Source of the DNA: Vicinamibacterales bacterium
GTDB taxonomy: Bacteria > Acidobacteriota > Vicinamibacteria > Vicinamibacterales > JAMQPK01
Assembly: GCA_963738315.1 (NCBI GenBank)
Contig: CAVTVT010000004.1
Location: forward strand, 470,123 to 534,122
DNA length: 64,000 bases
Reading direction: 5' to 3'
The notes under the pieces are model-generated. The model saw only the letters and a list, made by a program, of their open reading frames with translations, was not told where the DNA came from and ran no database searches. Position numbers and translations under genes: made by a program. Below, piece after piece: positions 32,091-43,168 of the stretch (its first letter is position 1; each line of letters starts with the position of its first letter).

Positions 32091-33766
32091 CACTCGTACC
32101 AGAACGCACGATGGCCGTCGGAGGGAATCATGTGACGGCCCCGCGCCGCGCCCCGCGGAACATCGAGCAGGGTGTAGTCGATCGCGGCTTCGTGGAACCG
32201 CCTCCGGAGCGCTCTGAACGGTCCGACATACACCGTCACCGGCCGCGGCGCGGCCGCCATCTGGCTCAGGGTCTCCCGCATCGATCGGGCGTACATCACG
32301 TCCCGCTGCGCCACGTTGAACCCGACGATCGCCACGTTCAGGGCCGCGAGCGCGACGAGGACGGCGCCCAGCCGCCACTGAAGGCTGCGAACCGGCGCGC
32401 ACAGACTCGCCACGGCGGCCACGATCGGCAGCAGCCAGGCCTGCGGCACGTAGCGCGCCCACCATGTTTCACGGTGCGTGAAGATCGACAGCAGCAGCGC
32501 GGCCGACACGGCGGCGACGATCCAGCCGAGCGCGCGCGTGGAGGGGCGAGAGAGGAGCATGAGGGCGCCCGCCACGCCGAGGAGCAGCAGGCCGCTGTAC
32601 AGCGGGCCGAACCCGCCGGCCTCCAGATCCCCCGGATACGCGCCGCCCCAGAGCTCGTCTCTCATCACCCGCAGCGGAATCTTGAGCATCGTCGAGTTCG
32701 GCGGCCTGACGGTGGCCGTGTACGACAGGTTCGCGAGGAGAAACCGCATGACCCTGTTGTGGCCGTTGAGGTTCACAGGCCGCTGCGAGTCGACGTCGAC
32801 CTGGTGCGATCCGCCCACGGCCGGGTAGAACGGGTTTCCGAACGCGACCGTATTGCGCACGTAAGGCTGGTATCCCAGGAGGAGCGCTCCGACGATCCCC
32901 GCGGCCAGACCGGCGAAGGCCAGGCGCCGGGCCTCCGCAAAGCCCCGCCACGCCCAGACGATCGGCACGGCCGCGACGAGCAGCACGGCCACGTAGACGA
33001 GCGCCGTGAACTTCAGATTGATCGCGAGACACGCCGCGATCAGCGCGATCGCGAGCGGCTGCCTCCTTCCGGCGGCGCCGTACATCACGAGCCCGGCAAT
33101 CAGGATGCTGAGCGTGCTGGCGACCATGCCGTCCACGAGGAAGGTCACGCTCTGATAGACGAACACAGGGTTCAGAGCCGCGACGGCCGCGACGGCGGCC
33201 GCCGGCCACGGCCGGAGCGGCGTCAAGCGCAGCAGCAGGGCCATCGCCATGGCGGCCGCGGCGAACATCAGGCTGAAGGTGAACAGCTTGCCGGCCTCCA
33301 CGTGTCCGGTGCTCACGAGCACCGACGCGGCCGCGATCCACGGCGCTTTCGGATAGCAATTGAGGAAGATTTCATTGCCGATGCCGTACGCGGCCGCGTC
33401 TTCGAAGTAGGGGTTCCACCCGGCCGCCAGACGCAGGACGGCTTCCTGGTGATAGGCCAGTCCGTCCCACGAGCTGTCGAGCGTCCTGACCGCCGCGTTC
33501 CAGGCCACGACGTGCAGCACGAGCGCGACAACCGCCGCAAGGCCGACCTCGCGCCAGGAGCCGGTGAACGCCCGGAGGGCGAGAACGGTGCACGCCGCCG
33601 CCAGCGGCAGCAGCCAGACCCCAATTGGCCGGCCGGCCAGGAAGCCGGCGACGGCGAGGGCCAGGAGCATCGCGGGCAGCAGCACGAGGGCCGCCGTCAG
33701 CGTCTCCAGGAACCCCGCCAGACGAAGCCGGGCCGAATCGGAAGCGTGCGTGCGGGAAGCCATCAC
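32090..33766 (-). CDS. Polytopic membrane protein, probable GT-C glycosyltransferase
   Basis: More than 10 TM segments; WDGLAYH acidic motif in first loop; NLKFT; GNPFYP; WARY. Confidence 0.65.
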   Translation of the reverse strand: MMASRTHASDSARLRLAGFLETLTAALVLLPAMLLALAVAGFLAGRPIGVWLLPLAAACTVLALRAFTGSWREVGLAAVVALVLHVVAWNAAVRTLDSSWDGLAYHQEAVLRLAAGWNPYFEDAAAYGIGNEIFLNCYPKAPWIAAASVLVSTGHVEAGKLFTFSLMFAAAAMAMALLLRLTPLRPWPAAAVAAVAALNPVFVYQSVTFLVDGMVASTLSILIAGLVMYGAAGRRQPLAIALIAACLAINLKFTALVYVAVLLVAAVPIVWAWRGFAEARRLAFAGLAAGIVGALLLGYQPYVRNTVAFGNPFYPAVGGSHQVDVDSQRPVNLNGHNRVMRFLLANLSYTATVRPPNSTMLKIPLRVMRDELWGGAYPGDLEAGGFGPLYSGLLLLGVAGALMLLSRPSTRALGWIVAAVSAALLLSIFTHRETWWARYVPQAWLLPIVAAVASLCAPVRSLQWRLGAVLVALAALNVAIVGFNVAQRDVMYARSMRETLSQMAAAPRPVTVYVGPFRALRRRFHEAAIDYTLLDVPRGAARGRHMIPSDGHRAFWYE

Positions 33767-33776
33767 TGCCGTCTCA

Positions 33777-35069
33777 TCACCCGCGCGCGGCCGCCGGAGC
33801 GTACACCGTCAGCTCCGGAATCGGGAAGACGAACTGCCCGCCCCAGTCTGCGATCCAGCGCATCTGCGACATGATCTCGTCGCGCAGATTCCACGGCAGC
33901 ACGACCAGATAGTCGGGTCTCACGCTCCGCAGAATCGACGGGTCGTGGATGGGAATGCGCGAGCCCGGCAGGTAGCGGTTCTGCTTGTGCGGATTGCGAT
34001 CGACCGTGATCGGAATCAGCTCCGTGCCGATGCCGCAGTAGTTCAGCAGCGTGTTGCCCTTCGCCGGCGCGCCATAGGCGGCAACGCGCTTGCCGTCGGC
34101 GCGGGCGCCGTGGAGAAAGGCCAGGAAGTCTTCGCGAACGCGCGCACCGGCCTCGCCGAACGCGGCGTAGCTGGCCGGCGAGCGGAAGCCCGCCGCTTCC
34201 TCGCGCGCGATCACGGCCCCGGCCGCCGCCGTGGACCGATGCGGCCCGCCGGCGTGCTGCACGAAGATCCGCAGCGATCCGCCGTGGGTGTCGAGCTCCT
34301 GCACGTCGAACACCGACAGCCCGTGCGATTCGAAGAGGCGCGCGGCGGCCACGAGCGAGAAGTACGAGAAGTGCTCGTGGTAGATCGTGTCGAACTCGCG
34401 CTCCTCGACGAGCCGCAGCAGGTGCGGAAACTCGAAGGTGGCGACGCCCGACGGCTTGAGCAGCATGCGGAAGGCCTCGACGAAGTCGTTCAGCTCCGGC
34501 ACGTGAGCCAGCACGTTGTTGGCCACCGTCAGATCCGCGCGGATGCCGTCCTCGACGAGCTGCCGCGCCGTCGACGTGTTGAAGAACGCCACCCGCGTGT
34601 CCACGCCGATGGCCACGGCCGCTTCGGCGACGTTGGCTGCCGGCTCGATGCCGAGCGCCGGGATCCCCCGCGCCACGAAGTTCCTGAGCAGGTAGCCGTC
34701 GTTGCTCGCCACCTCCACCACCTGGCTGCCGCGGCCCAGCTCGAACCGACCGGCGGCCTCCTGCGCGAAGCGGCTGGCGTGCGCCAGCCAGCTCTCGGAG
34801 TAGGAGGCGAAGTACGCGTAGTCGGAGAAGATCTCGCCGGCATCCGCCACGTGATCCAGCTGCACCAGCAGGCAATCGGGACAGACGACGGCGCGCAGGG
34901 GGAAGGCCGGCTCCGGCCGGGCGAGATCCTCCTCGCGCAGATAGCTGTTCGCCAGCGGCGTCACGCCGAGATCGATCATCGTGACGGCCGCTCCCACCGG
35001 CGCGCCGCAGCCCCGGCAGGCGGTCAGACGAGCGGCCCGTGCGGCCTCGTTCGGCGGTCTGTTCTCCAT
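33777..35069 (-). CDS. NDP-hexose C-methyltransferase (SAM-dependent, Zn-binding N-terminus)
   Basis: CRGCG..CPDC, EVASNDGYLL, NNVLAHVP, IYHEHFSY, GAPAKGNTLLN. Confidence 0.92.
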   Translation of the reverse strand: MENRPPNEAARAARLTACRGCGAPVGAAVTMIDLGVTPLANSYLREEDLARPEPAFPLRAVVCPDCLLVQLDHVADAGEIFSDYAYFASYSESWLAHASRFAQEAAGRFELGRGSQVVEVASNDGYLLRNFVARGIPALGIEPAANVAEAAVAIGVDTRVAFFNTSTARQLVEDGIRADLTVANNVLAHVPELNDFVEAFRMLLKPSGVATFEFPHLLRLVEEREFDTIYHEHFSYFSLVAAARLFESHGLSVFDVQELDTHGGSLRIFVQHAGGPHRSTAAAGAVIAREEAAGFRSPASYAAFGEAGARVREDFLAFLHGARADGKRVAAYGAPAKGNTLLNYCGIGTELIPITVDRNPHKQNRYLPGSRIPIHDPSILRSVRPDYLVVLPWNLRDEIMSQMRWIADWGGQFVFPIPELTVYAPAAARG

Positions 35070-35617
35070 CAGCTCCCCGGCCGGACGGCGGTGAACGCCG
35101 GCCAGCTCGTGTCCTTCTGCGACATCAGCCGCCGTTCGGCCGGCGGCCAGTCGATGTCAAATGCGGGATCGTCCCACCGGACGCCGCGCTCGGCCTCCGG
35201 CGTGTAGAACCCGGCCATGTGATAGAACACGTGGCAGTCGTCGGTCAGCGTCTGGAAGCCGTGGGCGAACCCCTCGGGCACGTACAGCATCCGTCCGGCG
35301 CCCCCGGCGAGCTCCACCGCGATCCACTGCAGATACGTCGGCGAGGAGGGCCGCAGGTCGACGATCACGTCGTAGATCGCTCCGGCGAAGCAGTGCACCA
35401 CCTTCGCCTGCGCGTGCGGCGCCTCCTGGTAGTGCAGCCCCCGCAGAATGCCGCGGGTCCGGTTGTACGAATGGTTCGCCTGTGCCAGGCGCGACTGGAG
35501 CCCGTGCGCCTCGAACTCGCGGCGGCACCAGACGCGGGAGAAGTGGCCGCGCTCGTCCTCGACGACGTCCGTCTCGACGAGGAACGCCCCCTTCAGCCTG
35601 GTTTCCTGGAAGACCAT
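35069..35617 (-). CDS. rfbC: NDP-4-keto-6-deoxyhexose 3,5-epimerase
   Basis: DERGHF, LRGLHYQ, VDLRPSSPTY, PEGFAHGFQTL. Confidence 0.9.
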   Translation of the reverse strand: MVFQETRLKGAFLVETDVVEDERGHFSRVWCRREFEAHGLQSRLAQANHSYNRTRGILRGLHYQEAPHAQAKVVHCFAGAIYDVIVDLRPSSPTYLQWIAVELAGGAGRMLYVPEGFAHGFQTLTDDCHVFYHMAGFYTPEAERGVRWDDPAFDIDWPPAERRLMSQKDTSWPAFTAVRPGS

Positions 35618-35629
35618 CGCGTCGTCGAG

Positions 35630-36721
35630 CTAGCCCGCCGCCGCGGCCACCGCGCGGGCGGAGGCGGCCCCCCGTCCGTGCGCCCAGGTCAGGTCGTCGT
35701 TCAACAGGCCGCGGGAGCGCAGGCCGGTGAGCACGCGAAGCCGGACGAACGGCGAGCTCCGGAAGTCGGCGTTGTCGAACCGCATGCCGGCAAGACCGCT
35801 GCGGAGCTCGTCGATCGTCTGCCGGAGCGTCATCTGCGGCAGGTGATCGGGGGCGAGCCGCCGGAACAGCGAGAAGTCGACGCGATACGACCGCTTGTCG
35901 GGCGGCGCGGCCTGATTGATCGACACCTCGGTCGACGGAATCGCGTCCGCCACCGCCTGCGCCAGGTCGCGGACCTGATAGTTCCACTCGTCGCGGCCGG
36001 TGTTGACCACCAGGTGGGGCCCCCCCGCCTCGGCCGGTCTGCCGACAGCCCACTCGATGGCGCGGGCCATGTCGCGGACGTCGATCAGCGGCCGCCACGG
36101 GCTTCCGTCGCTGAGCACGGTGATCCGCCCGGTCGTCACGGCGCAGGCGACGAAATCGTTGAGCACCAGGTCGAGCCGGAGGCGCTCGCTCATGCCGCAG
36201 GCGGTGGCGAATCGCAGGCAGGTGGTGCGGAAGTCCGCGCCGGCCAACTCGCCGAGCGCCTCCTCGAGGAGGACCTTCGATCGCGCGTACGCCGTCAGCG
36301 GGTTCACCGCCGACGCCTCGGTGCGCGCGCCGTCCTCGGCCGCTCCGTACACGCTGCAGCTCGACGCGAAGACGAACGACCGCACGCCGGCCGCCTTGGC
36401 GCGCCGCGCCACCTCGACGCCCGCGTGGTAGTTGACGTCGAGCGTCACCGCCTCGTATTCGTTGCCCATCGGGTCGTTGGAGATGGCCGCCAGATGGACG
36501 ACGGCATCCGCTCCCCGGAACAGGTCCGCCGGCGCGCGGCGCAGGTCGACGAAGTGCTGAACGTCGAGACACGACTCCGGCAGCGACGCCGCGTTCGTGA
36601 GGCAGTGCGCGAAGAAGCCGGTGTCCACGCCCGCCAGCGTCGCGTCGGGAAAGCGCGCGCGCAGCCGCCGCGTGACCGAGGGGCCGACGTATCCCAGATT
36701 CCCCGTGATCAGAATCTTCAT
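35630..36721 (-). CDS. Extended SDR NAD-dependent sugar epimerase/dehydratase
   Basis: [37 protein letters not shown]. Confidence 0.87.
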   Translation of the reverse strand: MKILITGNLGYVGPSVTRRLRARFPDATLAGVDTGFFAHCLTNAASLPESCLDVQHFVDLRRAPADLFRGADAVVHLAAISNDPMGNEYEAVTLDVNYHAGVEVARRAKAAGVRSFVFASSCSVYGAAEDGARTEASAVNPLTAYARSKVLLEEALGELAGADFRTTCLRFATACGMSERLRLDLVLNDFVACAVTTGRITVLSDGSPWRPLIDVRDMARAIEWAVGRPAEAGGPHLVVNTGRDEWNYQVRDLAQAVADAIPSTEVSINQAAPPDKRSYRVDFSLFRRLAPDHLPQMTLRQTIDELRSGLAGMRFDNADFRSSPFVRLRVLTGLRSRGLLNDDLTWAHGRGAASARAVAAAAG

Positions 36722-36725
36722 GGCG

Positions 36726-37505
36726 CTACCAGATCTTCCAGGGCGCGTTGCCGGAGGTCCACAGCTCCTCGAGATAGACCTTGTCGCGCAGCGTGTCCAT
36801 CGGCTGCCAGAAGCCGGTGTGCTTGTACGCGGCGAGCTGGCCGTCGCGCGACAGGCTCTCGAGCGGCTCCTGCTCCCACACGGTCGAGTCGCCGTCGATG
36901 TAGTCGATGACGCTCGGGCTCGAGCACGAAGAAGCCGCCGTTGATCCAGGCGCCGTCGCCGCCGGGCTTCTCGCGGAACCCGTCGACGTGGGTCTGGCCG
37001 CTCGCCAGGGTCAGCGCGCCGAAGCGTCCGGGCGGCTGGATGGCCGTCAGCGTCGCCAGCGCGCCCTGCTCGCGATGGAACGCGATGAGGCTGCGGATGT
37101 CCACGTTGCTGACGCCGTCGCCGTAGGTCAGGCAGAACGTGCTCGTCGCCCAGATACGGCCGGACGCGCCTGAGGCGTCCGCCCGTCATGGTGTCCTCGC
37201 CGGTGTCGACCAGGGTCACGTCTCCAGGGCTCGACGCCGTTGCGCAGAATTTCCATGCGGTTGGCCTTGCAGGTCGAAGCGGCAGTCGGACCTGATACAG
37301 GAAGTAGTTCGCGAAGTACTCCTTGATCATGTAGCCCTTGTAGCCGCAGCAGACGATGAAGTCGGTCAGCCCGTAGGCGCCGATAGATCTTCATGATGTG
37401 CCACAGGATCGGCCGGCCGCCGATCTCGACCATCGGCTTGGGCTTGACCTGCGTCTCTTCGCTCAGGCGCGACCCGAAGCCGCCGGCCAGGATGACGACT
37501 TTCAT
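36726..37505 (-). CDS. rfbF: Glucose-1-phosphate cytidylyltransferase (several frameshifts)
   Basis: [43 protein letters not shown]-terminal APWKIW. Confidence 0.88.
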
Positions 37506-37536
37506 GTCAGAGACCTCGCTGCGATGTGCACCGGCA

Positions 37537-37562
37537 GACAGAGCTTCGCCCTCTCACTTACA
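37537..37562 (-). promoter_or_regulatory. Conserved leader element, copy 1
   Basis: TGTAAGTGAGAGGGCGAAGCTCTGTC; 23/26 identical to 47703-47728. Confidence 0.6.
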
Positions 37563-37610
37563 TCAGTCCGGATCATTCTGGCGGGAACCGGATAGGACGG
37601 CCGTTCCTAC

Positions 37611-37626
37611 AGCAAAGAGCCGTCCG
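37611..37626 (-). promoter_or_regulatory. Sigma54-like -24/-12 promoter upstream of rfbF
   Basis: Minus strand CGGACGGCTCTTTGCT = GG-N10-GC with TTGCT. Confidence 0.5.
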
Positions 37627-37760
37627 ACGCACCGAAGGAAGGCGTTCGGATATAACCCCTTTCACCGTCATTACTTACGCGAAATCAGAACCGGCGGGTC
37701 AACCAGGACCGCCGGATTGTCCATGGCAAGCAGACTATTTGTCTGCCGAACAGAAGACTT

Positions 37761-39032
<1,272 letters not shown>

Positions 39033-39037
39033 CGGTC

Positions 39038-39911
39038 TCACACGACGTCCGCGAACGTCCGCTCCATGCGGCGGAAGTAGCAGGAGCCCGCCGACGAGCA
39101 GCGCGACCACCGCGGCGACGATCGACCGCGACGAGCTCGGAGGCCGCGGGCGGGCCGTGCCCAGCAGCGCCCAGCGGAAGCCCTCGATCACCGCCGGCCA
39201 TCGGGTTGAGCCCGTAGAGCGAGCGCCAGCGCTCCGGCACGAACGCTCGCGGGATAGGCGACCGGCGTGGCGAACATCCAGAACTGGATGCAGGAACGGG
39301 ATCGACGTACCGCACGTCGCGGTACTGACCGTTCAGCGCCGAGAGCCAGAGCGCCGACGGCGAGCGCGGTCGCGAGCGCCAGCAGGACGAACAGCGGGAG
39401 CGCGAGCGATCGCCGCGGTCGGCGCGATGCCGTAGTAGCCAGCATCAGCACGACCAGCAGCGGGAACGCGAGGCCGAAGATCGACGAGGCCGGCACGACC
39501 AGCGCGCCAGCGGCATCACGAGCCGCGGGAAGTAGACCTTCGTGATCAGCGTTGAGTTGCCGACGAGGCTGTGACGCGACTGCGTCGAGTGGCGTGCGCG
39601 AAGAGCGTCCACGGCACGAGCGCCGCGAACGCGAAGACCGGGTACGGCACGCCGTCGGAGGGAATCTTCGCCATGCGGCCGAAGACGACGCGTGAACACC
39701 ACCATCGTCAGCGAGCGGCTGGAGCACCGCCCAGGCCGCCCCGAGCGCCGTCTGCTTGTAGCGCACCTTGATGTCGCGCCAGCACGAGGAAGTAGAGCAG
39801 CTCCCGATAGCGCCAGACCGACGGCAGGTCCAGGTCGAACAGGCCCTGCGGCGGCGCGATGAGCACCGTGTCTTCAGCGGCGCCGGGAGGGGCATACCCG
39901 TCCGACAGCAC
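39038..39911 (-). CDS. wzm: Polysaccharide ABC exporter permease (many frameshifts)
   Basis: WRYRELLYFL, RDIKVRYKQTALG, LITKVYFPR, WMFATPVAYP, LNPMAG, EGFRWALLG. Confidence 0.85.
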
Positions 39912-39945
39912 CGCGACCGATGAGTTTTGATCGATCCGTTCTCCC

Positions 39946-42013
39946 TCAGCCGACCTGTTCGGCGGCCGAGCGAAGCGCCGCCGCGTCCTTCCGCCGCTCC
40001 GGCCTCTGAACCCCGCCCTCGACGCGGGGGGATCCGTCGCGCCCGGCGTGCCGCTGCTGATAGCCGATGTTCAGTCCGCGGAGCGTGGCGCGGAGCGCCT
40101 TCGCGTCGCCGAACCGCGCGGCGTCTTCCAGGTCGCGCACGGCGATGTCCAGGAGCGACCGATCCTGCTGGAGCGCCTCCACGACGAAGATTCTTCGAAT
40201 ACTCGGTGCTCCGCGCGCCCGACTCGCCGGCAATCAGCAACTCCTCGTTGAGCTTCTCGCCGGGCCGCAGCCCCGTGAACTCGATCTTCACGTCCTTGTC
40301 GGGCACGAGCCCCGACAGCTCGATGAGGTTGCGCGCGAGATCGACGATCTTCACCGGATCGCCCATGTCCAGCAGGAAGATCTCCCCCTGCTTGCCGAGC
40401 GAACCGGCCTGGATGACGAGCTGCACCGCCTCGGGAATCGTCATGAAGTAGCGGCGCACGTCCGGGTGCGTCACCGTGATGTTCCTGCCGCTCCTGATCT
40501 GCCGCTGGAAAGCGGCACGACGCTGGCCCGGCTGCCGAGCACGTTGCCGAACCGCACGCAGCAGAACCGCGTGGCGGTCGCGCGCGATCCGCGGTCCTGC
40601 ACGATCAGCTCCGCGACGCGCTTCGAGGCGCCCATCGTGCTGATCGGGTTCACCGCCTTGTCGGTGGAGATGAAGACGAAGTTCCCGACGCCGAATCGCG
40701 TCCGAGACGTCCACCAGATGGCGGGTGCCCATCACGTTGTTGAGGATCGCCTGCGCCGGGTGGTGCTCCATCAGCGGCACGTGCTTGTAGGCCGCCGCAT
40801 GGAACACGACTTCGGGCCGGTGCAGCTCGAAGGTGCGCTCGATGACGTCCAGATCGCGGATGTCCGCCACGACCTCGCTGACCTCCGGGAAGTCCTCCTT
40901 GATCTCGCAGGCGGTCTCGTAGAGGTTGTTCTCGTCCTTGTCGAGCAGCACCAGGCGCGACGGCTTGAACTCCCGCAGCTGCCGCACCAGCTCCGAGCCG
41001 ATCGACCCGCCCGCCCCCGTGACCAGAATCCGCCGGCCGGCGTACGACCTGGCGAGCTCCTCCAGATCGCGCGGGTAGGTCACGCTGTCCCGTCCGAGCA
41101 GCGCCTCCATGTTGACCGAGGTGAGCTGCGTGAGGCTGGCCTTGCCCGACATGATCTCGCCCAGCGTCGGCACCGACGAGGTCTTGACCGGCAGCTGGGC
41201 GCACCGGGCCGACAGGCGCTGCAGCGTCGGCTTCGACGCGCTCGGCATGCACAGCACCACCTCGTCCACCAGGTATTCCGCGACCACCGCCTCCAGGTCT
41301 TCGGTCGTGCCGAGCACGCGCCAGCCGCCGATCGTCCGCCGCTGGATCTCGATATCGTCGTCGAGGAAGCCGACGACGTCGAAATGGTCGCGGAGCTCGC
41401 GGAGCAGATGGAGGCCCGCTTCTCCCGCGCCGATCAACAGCAGCCGCTTCCTGGTCCTGGGCCCGCGCGCCCCCTTCTGCGCGCGCGCGACCGCCTTCTC
41501 GTAGAGGATGCGCCGGGTGAGCCGCGCCTCCACCAGCCCGGTGTAGGCGAGGAGCGGATGAATGGCGAGCACGCCGAAGGGCACCGGCGTATCCGCGAAG
41601 ACGCCCGAATCGAGCACGCGCCACACGAAACAGACAATGAAGGCGACCGACACGGAGGCCGCCATCGCGGCGGCGTCGTTCAACCCGAAGAACCGCCAGA
41701 TCCGCTTGTAGACGCCGGACGCGATGTTCGCGCCCACGTACAACGACACCACGAAGGGGAGCGCCAGGCGGAGCTGATGACCGTAGGGAGCGGGCGGAAA
41801 TCCGTCGAACCGGATCATGTAGGCCAGTCCCAGCGCGGCCGCCACGATCGCGGCGTCGATCGTCAGCTGGCTCAGCCGGCTGGTCACGACCCTGCCCGCC
41901 TGCCGCTGCAGGCGCCCCAGCAGGAGCGCAACGGCTGGCGTGCGCCGACCGATCAACAGCTCCCGCCAGGAGCTCATCGACGGTTGGACGGATTTGGCGA
42001 GATCGCGGCCCAT
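39946..42013 (-). CDS. Membrane-bound UDP-GlcNAc 4,6-dehydratase (CapD/PglF/WbpM family; frameshifts near 40690, 40510, 40195)
   Basis: N-terminal TMs, [51 protein letters not shown]. Confidence 0.9.
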
Positions 42014-42131
42014 GTTTTCCCCCACAGTGAAGTGGATGCTTCGAGATGTCTGGTGATCGACGAGAGTGCTGGCGGGTGCACGATGGTGCACCGCCCCCGA
42101 TCTGCGGCCGGCCGGACGAACGGAGGCGCGT

Positions 42132-43160
42132 CTACCGGGCTATCACGTACGGAACGTTGGCGATCGTGCCCGGCAGGAGCCCGAGCAGGCTGTATCCCAG
42201 GTTCTTCGCCTTGCTCCCGGGCACGAAGATGATGTCGTCGGCCCGCACGAGAAAGTCGGGCTTCTTGCCGGAGAGAATCTGTCCGAAGTCGACCGAGAGC
42301 TGCTCCCGCTGGCCCGCGTCGTTGTAGCGCACCAGGATGCCGTCGCCCATCTTCGCGGTCTTGGTCGGCCCGCCCGCCCAGGCGATCGCCTGCGAGATGC
42401 GCAGGTCCTGCTTGGCGGGAAGCTGATAGGCGCCGGATCGATTCACCTCGCCCACCACGTACACCATCTGGACCGGCCGGTCTTCGATGTGGACCACGTC
42501 TCCCCCCTTGACGGGCACGTTCAGGGAGATGTCGGCCTCGTCCAGGAGCTGCCGCAGGTTCACCTTGATGACCTCGTCGGCGCCGTCCGGAGTGTGGCGC
42601 TGGATGACCGCCTCGTCGCCGGCGTTCGCCGTGAGGCCGCCGGCCATCGACAGCACGTCGACGATCTTGAGCGGCAGCGTGATCTGGTACTGTCCGGGCT
42701 TGCCGACCGCGCCGAGCACGAAGACCGGCTGCGATCGATACTCCTTGACGAACACCGTGACCTGCGGCCGCTTGATCAGCTCGCCGTCGAGCGCCTCGGT
42801 CAGCCGCTGTTCGAGCTCGGCCGGGGTCAATCCCGCCGCCGTGATCGGCTCGAGCAGCGGCAGCTTGATGAGTCCCGCCGCGTTGATCCGCACTTCGTGC
42901 TTGTACTCGACCTCGAACACGCTGATCTCGATCAGGTCGCCCGGCCCGAGCCGGTACTCGACGTCCGTCTTGTCGAGCGCGCTCACCTTGGCGAGGCGCC
43001 CGTCGACCGCGGGCGCCGGCGGCGCGGCTACGGGCGGCGGCGCGGCCACGCGCGGCGGCCCGGCGGGAGAGGGCGACGCCGGGGCCGGCCCCACCGGCGT
43101 TTGGGCCCGCAGCACCGCCGAGCCGAGCAGAAGAATGGAGCACCAGATCGTCTTCTTCAT
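42132..43160 (-). CDS. wza: Polysaccharide export protein (Poly_export plus SLBB domains)
   Basis: Signal peptide, YRLGPGDLIEI, VFVLGAVGKPG, VYVVGEVNRSG, DDIIFVP. Confidence 0.88.
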   Translation of the reverse strand: MKKTIWCSILLLGSAVLRAQTPVGPAPASPSPAGPPRVAAPPPVAAPPAPAVDGRLAKVSALDKTDVEYRLGPGDLIEISVFEVEYKHEVRINAAGLIKLPLLEPITAAGLTPAELEQRLTEALDGELIKRPQVTVFVKEYRSQPVFVLGAVGKPGQYQITLPLKIVDVLSMAGGLTANAGDEAVIQRHTPDGADEVIKVNLRQLLDEADISLNVPVKGGDVVHIEDRPVQMVYVVGEVNRSGAYQLPAKQDLRISQAIAWAGGPTKTAKMGDGILVRYNDAGQREQLSVDFGQILSGKKPDFLVRADDIIFVPGSKAKNLGYSLLGLLPGTIANVPYVIAR

Positions 43161-43168
43161 CACAACCC

